The notes beneath the pieces were generated by a model. It was not told the origin of the DNA and did not search any database. It worked only from the letters and a program-made list of their open reading frames with translations. A program made the translations under genes and the position numbers. Shown piece by piece: positions 1 through 9,400 of a stretch of DNA of 29,033 nucleotides. How positions within the stretch are numbered: the first letter of the stretch is position 1; every line of letters starts with the position of its first letter. Source of the DNA: a virus (taxonomy: Duplodnaviria > Caudoviricetes); IMG/VR virus record IMGVR_UViG_3300046103_001535, positions 1 through 29,033 of that record; one strand, 5' to 3'.

Positions 1-491
1 CCCGAGCCACCAAAAGTCAGGATCTTATTAGCTCTGCTGGCCGCATATGGCAGCGTCAAATCGGTGTAGGCATCCTGATCATTAAGCCGGATTGTCCTGC
101 CGATACTGGTAACAGCTTCAGCCAAGCTGTTAATTGCTTTTCTTACAAGCCTTGTAACCCGATCAAACGAATCTTCATGGGTGCTAGCAAAAAACGAAGA
201 CTGATTTCCGAACGGCGTCGGCTGCGATGTAGCGAGGTTGTCCGTAATTAAAATAACGAACAGGTTAGCAAGATTGCCTCCCAAAAGCGTGATCGATCCG
301 CCCGCGACATTGCCAACCCCAGTCACCGTGTAGCCCACATTCAGTACCAGCGTGGTAACGAGACTGTTGGTATCCGTGGTTGTGACCAGAAGGTCGGCTT
401 CATCGGTGATCTTAAACTGATAGTCGTAAGTAGCGACACTGCCGTTACCCACCCACTTAGAATACGGTACTTGGTTTGCTGGTATGGTCAT
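1..491 (-). CDS. Tail fibre/tailspike, N-terminal virion-attachment domain (3' end outside window; not in ORF track)
   Basis: ATG at 491 overlaps the TGA of the giant gene (ATGA). The frame is open to the window edge: MTIPANQVPYSKWVGNGSVATYDYQFKITDEADLLV...GYTVTGVGNVAGGSITL...HEDSFDRVT. The GNG..T..Y.F.I, YTVTGVG..GG.IT and HE..FDR motifs are typical of T7 gp17-like podophage fibre N-termini, and the position after the ejection proteins fits. Confidence 0.85.
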   Translation of the reverse strand, partial: MTIPANQVPYSKWVGNGSVATYDYQFKITDEADLLVTTTDTNSLVTTLVLNVGYTVTGVGNVAGGSITLLGGNLANLFVILITDNLATSQPTPFGNQSSFFASTHEDSFDRVTRLVRKAINSLAEAVTSIGRTIRLNDQDAYTDLTLPYAASRANKILTFGGS

Positions 492-3400
492 CGCTTCTTA
501 CCTTTAATTAATGCGTTAACAATGCTTGGGTCTTCTTCCCCGTCATCTGCAGATTGCATCTGCTCCAGGGATCGAGCCACTTGCCCTGATCCCACCATTG
601 GAACCATTGGCTGCAGCGCCCGGATTATCGATGCCACATCAGCCTTGTCAAAAGTTTCCTCTTCATCAGCCAGCTCTGCGACCTCGCCCCCTAATCTTGC
701 CACTCCCGAGATAAAATTGTATGCGGGGATGTTTGGCTTAAAGCCTTTAAGCGCCCCAGCGAAGTTCCTCATCATCATCGATGCACTCAGGCCATAGTCA
801 GCTACGGCGTGGAGCATCCACTTAGCCCAGCCCTCATCGTCATCATCATCAGGCAAACGATCAACTATGAGCTTGCCCACAATCGCGGGAATCAACAAAT
901 ACCACATCATCTCGCGGGTGAATTGAGTCTTGCTAATCTTACCTTTTCTTGCCCTCGACCAGACATCTGCATACAAATTGTAGTTGAAGCCAAAGAACGA
1001 CCCCATAAAGGTTAGCTGCTTGGAGACTTCTGGTCCAACCTGCCTTGCGAAAGTACCGGAACCCTGAAACATTGGTGCCATGTCTTTCTTCTGACCAGAC
1101 CCCATAAGCGCCGCAGTCTCCTGATCCGCATATTCATACGCAGCGAGCTCGATCTCTTCCTTGGTCATACCCGGCTTGGCTACCCTCTCCAGCCCCGTCC
1201 AGTATGAGGCCATCCAAGTGGGATAGGTGCCGATGGCATCACCAATAATCTGCAGAACAAAGCGGCGTTGCTCAATCCAGCCAGCCGCAGCTCGCTTCTC
1301 AAGAACAGCAGACTGCTCCATAACTTCACGATTTATCAGCTTGTTGCGTTCTTGCATGAAGATCGAGCGCTCCTGTACCCACTTGATTGTCTCAATTGGG
1401 TGCAGGGCAAACTCAAGCATAGCCTTCATGGTCTTAACCTCACCATTGCGACCGAATGAGTTGCTTAAAGCCAGAGGCTGCTGAACCATGTTTCTGACCG
1501 ACAGGGTTAGATAGGCGATCGATAGATTGCTACGCACATATCTCATAGCCACGTTGATCGGACCGCCCGCCTCGATATTGCCCTGGAACACCCCAGCAAC
1601 CGTATCCATAAACGACTGGAACTTTTCTTTTCCGTAAGCTTCTAAGATTGCAGACTTAGTCGTTGGGTGATTCAAGAACTTGCTCACCTGGGCGCTGGCT
1701 TCTGCAAACGCTATAAACTGCATTACGTCATCAGCGGCGCGAACTACGTTGCTTACTTCTAGCCTGATTTCGCGGCCACCAGAACCTTGGCGCTCGATCA
1801 TAGCCCCTGTCTTAGACTGCTTTATGCGATCACTCACGTTCATAGTGTTCTGATCGCCCTCATGCATATCCAGCTTCTGCTGGTCTTTCATGCTCCAGTG
1901 ATAATAGATGCGCTGGTATCCGCCGGGCATAACCGTATCCCCAGCCTTGAATGGCACATGGTCAACCTTCATCGGAGCAACGCCAGACAGCACCTGTTGT
2001 ATCCGGGAAGACTCTGCCCAGTACTGCTCGTTGTATGCCCAGATGTCCATGACCAACTGCTTCTGCTCTTCGGTCAGCAGGTTTAGCATTACCTGCACAT
2101 CGTTCTCGGTCAGCGCAACACCCTTGTGTCCGCTTTTCAATATTGCTTCACGGGAGTCAGGCGAACCCCAATAGACTGCCAGCATTACACGCTCGCCGGC
2201 AGACATGGTCATCTTCTCGCCAGCCTCTGTGCGGCGGGTAATGATGCCTTCCTCAAGACTTTCAGACGCTCCTCTGGCGCTTTGGATTCGTTTCTTAGTG
2301 GTGCGAGTAAGCTTGCCGGCAAAAGGAAGGAACATGTCATTGATCTGCTCACTCGCAGCCAGATCCATCTTGGTTCTCTTGTTGGTCGCAGCTATGATCG
2401 GAGCAAGAACATTCCGATACCAAACGCCGTTGGTCTCATAATCATCAAATAGCCTGATGTCAGTTCGCATAGCAATCTGATCTTGAGTTATGCGGCGACC
2501 ATACGACAGCACGGTCTCGTCCCAGGTTCTGTCGTTGATGGTCTCGTTAGGCGCTTTCTTTGTTGTTGAGTTGAGTATTGACTGTGCAGCCTCTTCGGCC
2601 TGAGCGGTGACTGCGGCGTACTCCACATCGCTAAGCTGCTTGCCGACAGACAGAAGATTCTTAACAGCGTCCCTGAGAGCAGCAAGGTCTTCCACGGTCA
2701 TGTTGCGCCAATCCTGAATCTGATCAAGGTAGGCATCGGCTATCAGTCCAGGGTTTGCTTCCGCTTGCCCCTGGATAAACTTGTTTACTTTAGCCAAGCG
2801 TGCCTCAACATCATTTTTGTTGGGTGCCTTGCGTGTATCAAACATAGACAACAGAACCCGAAGCTGGGTTATATACTCAGGGTTGTAACGCTTCGGATCA
2901 CGCTTGGCGGTCTTTTGTTTTGCCAGCCATGCTCTGTGCTTCTCACCCTGCTGACGCTGTATAAGAGATTCTTTGTACAGATAAAATTGTCGCAGCTGCT
3001 TGTGCTTAGCTTCTCGAGCCTGAACCCATTCACCCTTTGCAGAGAATCGTGCAACCTGCCGACCGTACTTTTGTTCTGATGCGAGGTGCTTGCTTGGGTT
3101 GATATCCTTCCACGGCATCGAGGCCACTTCTTGCCTTGCAGCCTCCTTATAAGCTGCAGACTGTACGCGAGGCATCGGCTGCAGCGCCTCTTTGTTGCCA
3201 AGCTTCTGGTTCAGAATATGCAGCTCGAGCACATGGCGCTTGGCTTGCTTGTCGTTATGCACAGCTTCCTGGGCGGCGTCGTATAGCGTGCCGTCACGCT
3301 GCATGTCGCCTTCACGCTCTTTGACTCTAGCCTCGGCTTCAGCCTTAGCTGATGCTGGGCGGTCTTTAGGCTTAATGGCATTTGCCATTGCTATGACAAG

Positions 3401-6400
3401 CTCTTCGCCACTCTTGTATCCGAGAAGAGGTGCTGCTTGATCCGGGTGCATGCCGCCCTTGTTCATCAAGCCTTTAATGCTGGCAGAAACGTCCTCGCCG
3501 TAAATAGCGTTAACTAAATCGCTGTTCAGTTTGAAGTTTGGTATTCCTTCAACGGTGGTTCGGCCTGACAGGAAATCATAAACAACGAGATCCTGACGCT
3601 CTTCCATCTCTTCGGCAATAACCATGCGCTCTTGAGCAACCTCATCCTTCCACCACTTTTCGCGTTCGCGTTGCATCTCTGCCATTGTGGCTGCAGTCAG
3701 CTGTGCATCTGCCTCATCCTCTGCCTCTTGAACAACCCTAAGGTAATCTTCAATCTGCTCTGGCGTAAGACCGAGCCGATCTACTGGCATCGTCTTATAA
3801 TGCTGCTGCTGTTTAGCCTGATCCATCTCGGCTTCGGTAGCCATTAGACGATTCATAACCTCCCGGACTTCGTCCGATAGCTCCGTTCCAGCAAGATTGT
3901 TGCGTGAGAATATGCTTGTGCCTTTCTTATAAATCATTACCAGCCAAGCCTGATACTTGTTAAACACGCTCTGCAGTTCTGCTGTGGGCGCTTTGCCTTC
4001 AAACAAATAATGCTCGAACCCACTGGCAAATTTCTCTTGCACTTCGCGCTTCTGGTCTTGATCAAGGTCTTCGTATCTTTTGCCCTTGTACCCAGCCCAA
4101 CCCATGACGATGTCCAGGTCAGCCTGTATCTCCGGGCTTGCACTTGCGAGGTCGGTGTAGATGGTCAGGAACAGGTGGCCAGACTCATGCAAGAACGTGC
4201 TTAGGTTGGCACGGGGAGTGAGTGTTATCTCACGGGTGCGCGGATTAAAGTAGCCGCGTGGCTGCAGTTTCTTCGGTGCTTTGGCTGGTGGGCCAGCATA
4301 GTCCTTCTGCAAAAATTCGCCCCTAGATTGTAAAATATCACGGTTCGGTTTATCGCGTGATGTCGCATACTTGTTCGGCGACGTTTGATAGACTAAATCC
4401 ACTACCCTTAGGTTTACTTGATTGTCAACATAGTCGTTCAAGAACCTCATCAGGTTTTCGCCGTCACGAGCCTCTTTTGTTTTAACAATCACAGCAGCGG
4501 TGTTGGTTTTATCCATTGCTGCCAGGATGCGCTTGGGCATTCCGTTAGGTATTAACAGCTCGATCTCATCCAACGACATTGGGATCGCACCTATCATTAC
4601 GTTTTTGTTGTCCATCAAGATAATAGCGTTGTCAGACTCAACAGATTTGGCTGCTTTTATCGCGGCTGTTGGATTGTTAACTAAGATTCTCCCCCGAACA
4701 CGCTTAGCAAATACTCGCTCGGTCAGAGATATAGTATTGCGCCTCCCGGCGATCGTAGCTTCAACAACCACCGACCCCCGACCACCCTCCTTATTTATGC
4801 TGGAAGCAAAGAGACCGTCACCAACAACCACATGACCTCTATATTCAATACCGATATGAGAGATTAGCTCTTGGAATTTTTCGGTTACCGCGTAATCATC
4901 AGTACCTTTATCAAGACCGGATGGCGTGCTCACGCCTGAAGGATGATTGTGGCCAAGCCACACGCTTGCAGCGCCGGGTGTTGCTGCAATCGATCCAACC
5001 AACTCAAGGAAGTTAACGCTTGTGCGGTCTTTAAACCCTTTTGTATGGCGGATCAAATGTATAGGCTTGTTGTTCTTGTCCAGAACAAGAATAACCATAG
5101 TCTCTTGGGCGTGCTTACGGAGTGGCGCTAATACATGCGCCACATCTTCAGCAGAGTTTACTTGATCAAGACCTATCGGCAGGGTTGATATCTCGCGATG
5201 CTCCACCCGTATCCTAAAGTTATCTGCAGCCTGTGCTCTTGCTAGGTCTTGGTCGGTGGTGTCGGCTTGATAAAAGACCTCGTCCTCCGCGTACCCGATT
5301 GGGTCTTCACGGACTTCGAGGGTGCCATTTAACGCTGCGGCTTCGGCTTCGCGTTGTTTGAGTTCTTCCCCACTGTACTCTGTGAGGAGTTGCTCGAACG
5401 CAGCCCGCCGACCACGAATCCACGCTTGTAAGCCGGGTGATCCGCTGAAGCTTCTTTCAAGTATCGCCTCCCCGGCAGGGTCTTTCTTCCAATTGTGGTC
5501 ATATCCATACTCTCCTTGAGTCAAAATCACATCGTGATCAATTATTCCTAACTGATCTTTGTGACCATCGAGGAAGTTCTCAATCTCATCAAAGAACACC
5601 TCATCGTCCATGAACGGCACGCCTGTGTCATCATCACGGAAGTTAATAACCGTAACCTCATTGGGTCCGGTTAAGGTCAGCCCAGTATCTTCCCCGAGGA
5701 AAACCTGCATTGATTGTATCATGATGCGCAAGTCATTACGCGATGGATTACCAGAAAAGGTGAAAGCGACACCTCTAGCGTACTTACCGCCCCTGACCTG
5801 AAACTGGCGCTGTGGCTCAGGCTCATCAAACTTCTTTTTAGCCTTTTCAGCCGCGTCCCTGCGCTCTTCCCAGGGAGTATAAAGCTTCAAAAACTCCTCC
5901 TCAAAGGGGGCGTTTTTCTTGTCTGCGAAGGCTTGAGCCTCGACCTGCGTATCAGCTCTGGACTTATTAACCATAGCGCCAGTAGCCAGCTTGATTACTT
6001 TAAACTGCTGTTCTTCTTTAGCTTTCTTGCTGGTAAGCGCCATCGGATCAGCGCGGAACCAAGGCACGGCATTCTGCTTATAGATGTACTGGATAGCCCG
6101 GACGTACCGCCGAACCTCTGAAACACTAAAACCCCCCGCGCCCTTTGTTGGTAGCAGATGACTCAGTGCGTTATTTACAATGTCGCCCTGGTAGCCGCCT
6201 TGAGACTCACGCAAGTATGCGAGCGGAACGCCGAGTAATGCTGCTAGATTATCTTCGCCATCCGCAGAAATCAGTAACTTCATCGCTCGGGCTGTAAATA
6301 GCCTCTGGGTTTCTGGCGACGCATCAAGTATCTCGAGACCAAGGGATCGGCTGGGGATGGCTTCCCAGGAAATAACCTGTGTCATATGTGCGAGGAAATC

Positions 6401-9400
6401 ATCAAAGCTCATTCGGCTTTCTTCTACTGCTGCCGGCACTCGCTCGGTGTCCACCGCCATCGCATGCTTGCGCCAAATAGCCCCATGCTGTCTATTGCCT
6501 TCAGCTGTCGTTGGTCTTTTGTTCTTGCCTTTATCGTCTTTCGTTGCAATGCCTTTCGCAATAGACTCTTCCCACGTCGCAGCCTTAACATCAGGGAACT
6601 CATACCGAGCCTTCATTGAAGACCAAATCATGGCTTGCAGCTGGTGTGGTGTGTATCGATCTTCACCCGGCTGGAGATTCTTATTCATGCGAGCGGTATG
6701 GCGGCGGATATCATTTTCAGAGAACGAGTATCTGCCTGTCCCTGCTACGTCATTGCTGGCCGCATCGCTGGTGTATCCGTATGCACGCAACATCCACATA
6801 TCGATAGTGACAGGCTTATTAAGTTCGTTAATCAAATCCTGATCAAGATCCAGCTGCTCCAGGGCATTTGGTACTGTTGCAAGGATGTGATGCATGAGAT
6901 TCTTGTAGAAAGAATCTGTCTTCCGACCCTCAAAAGGTATTCCATCGTACAGAACCTTGCGGGCTTTGGTGTCTTGCGTGTCGGTCTTTACCTTGAGGTC
7001 TTTCCTTGCAACGCCGTTCTTGTATTGGTTCCACGCCCTAACCGCAAAGTATGTATTGACCTGGACGTTCGATTGAGGCGAGTAAATTGCAATTAGCTGA
7101 ATAATCTTTTCGGCATCACGCACGTTGCCCTGTGCGATCTCAAGAATCCGGCGTGAAGAGTCTTCGTACCAGTAACGACCCGCAGCGCCTTCATCAATTA
7201 GTTGGACGATAGATTTACGCAGCTTGCGAAGACCGCCTCTGGTTTCTGCTCCAGGCGGAACGCCTTTGTACTTGCCGTCTTTATATCGCGGCGGATTCCA
7301 ATTCGCCCACTTCTTCTCTTCCGCAAGATCAGCCTCTGTTGTTTCGTACTTGCCCGTTTCATCGTTTATCTCTGCAGGTACAACAGGATCTGCATCAACA
7401 ATCCCAGAAGCGTTGTCTGTTATAACTGGGTCGCCGTTGATGCTTGTGATTGTGACGGGCTTTGTGCTGAACGTCACAATGTTGGTGCTGCCATCTTCGA
7501 GGTACTTGTTTCCAGGGATTCCCATCCGATCCAGCTCGAGTGAAACGTCCTTTGCAACCATATTGGATGGTTTTACTACTGACCCATTAGGCATGGTTAG
7601 GTTGTAGGTATAGCCAATCTGCTTCTGTGCATCAGCCCCAGTCATGTCTGGCGTGAAGTTGTCATAGCCCGCAATTTTTAGTTTGTTATATACGGTGGGC
7701 TGCTCTTCCAAAGTTTTGTCGAGGTCGATCATCTGATCGATAGCATCGTTATTGATGCTTACTTCGTACAGAACGCCTTCGTTCCGGGGCGTTGTGGCTG
7801 TGTCAATGCGATCTACGATTGACTGCACAACCGCCGGGTTAACCGCCAGCTCTTCACCATCTTGCCCAACCCACTGAACATCTTCCGCGTAAGAAGGAAT
7901 TTCACGCAATGACTCGGCATAGTCTGTGTTGAAGTCAATCATCGGATCATCTGACCAGCGCCGGGCTATTGATTCAACAGTAGTAGTGAGCATAGCCCAC
8001 GCTGTCTCACGCTCGGATGCTGGCAGAGAGAACAAGAAGTCTTCGAGTGTTTGCCCGTTAATACGGGTGGCATTTAACGCTGCTGAAAATCGGCCTGTAG
8101 CGAAGTCTGCATAGAGCTCGCCTTTATCTTTGTTAGTTGCGAAGTTAAGCCCCCAGCCGTGACCGAGAGCGCCAACGCCAGATCCAATGCGAGACATATC
8201 GAACGCATCAAATCCATATGGTGATCCGTGCCACGCTGTTTCGCTTACTTGGTAGGCAGCAGACGGAGCATCCAGACGCGGATCGTCAAGGCGAATGACA
8301 TCGTCCTTGCTTTCGATGTACGCCTCTGGATCGCCCTGATAGCCATCCTCTTCGATGTTGGCATTCTTGAGGTAGACCTCAAGCACTTCGCCCTCGTTCG
8401 CAAATAGAGCAGCAGTTGAAAAATTCTCTGTGAATGCGCCAGCAACTCCGCCGTCCGGGAGTTCGTTAAACTCGGTGAAATCAGATTCTGTTCCGTGATA
8501 CCAGACTCGGCTTATATCAAACCCAAGAGCCTTGGCACGCGCAGCCCGCTCCTCGCGATTCACACGGTATGCGAGGCGGTCTGTTTGGTAGGCGGCAGAT
8601 TCTTCCGCTGTTCCATCAACACCCTTCGCTCCGGTGTCTGCTCCCTCTATGGGTCTGGGTTTGCCCCCCCCGGCCAGAGACTGATAAGTCTGATCATCGA
8701 CTTGCTTTAAAATCGCATCCATCCTCCTAACATTTACACGCCGCGCATTCATCAGTGATTCCTGCACTTTCGTAAGCAGTACGCCCCTTCTCTCTAGTTC
8801 GTCTGCTTTTTGAATAGCACCACCAACAATCTCGTCAATCCGTTTCTTGCCATCTGTTGCCTTTCTCCTAGCAACAGTCATCTCGTCTGGCGAATCTATG
8901 TCTGCTAATCGCTTGTTAATATCGCTATTTTCACGCTCCAACTGGCGATATTCTGCCACCATCGCTGTTCCATCAACACCCTGCGCTCCGGTGTCTGCAT
9001 CAACGGCTAACGGTCGAACCTGTTCTGGCGACAGCGCAACCATTGTTGCTATTTCGCTTCTCTCCAGAATGTCATTCAACAGAACCGCATCATAGCCAGC
9101 GGCCTTTAAGGCATCTCTGACAGCAGGGATATAAACCATGTCGATTGGGTTAGAGCCATCGTAGGGGCTGAAGTTTGAAATATCGTCCGATAAAAAGTCC
9201 CACCCATAGTCGTTAAGAATGTCGCCCTCTATCTGTACATCAGCCCCGGCTGATCTGGCAATCTCCATAAACTCCACGATGCCTTCGCGGGTAGTAATGT
9301 CCAACGGGTTGTTCATTGTTACGTTGTACTCAGCAACCCGTCCACCCCTGTCGCCGGCAAACCATTCCGCTCCAGCTCTGTTGCGGGTTAAAAATGCAGG

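Noticed and set aside
8606-8998. 36-bp repeats as a CRISPR mini-array or IS ends
   Set aside because: Only two copies, a 321-bp spacer, in frame within a CDS, direct rather than inverted, and no cas or transposase gene.
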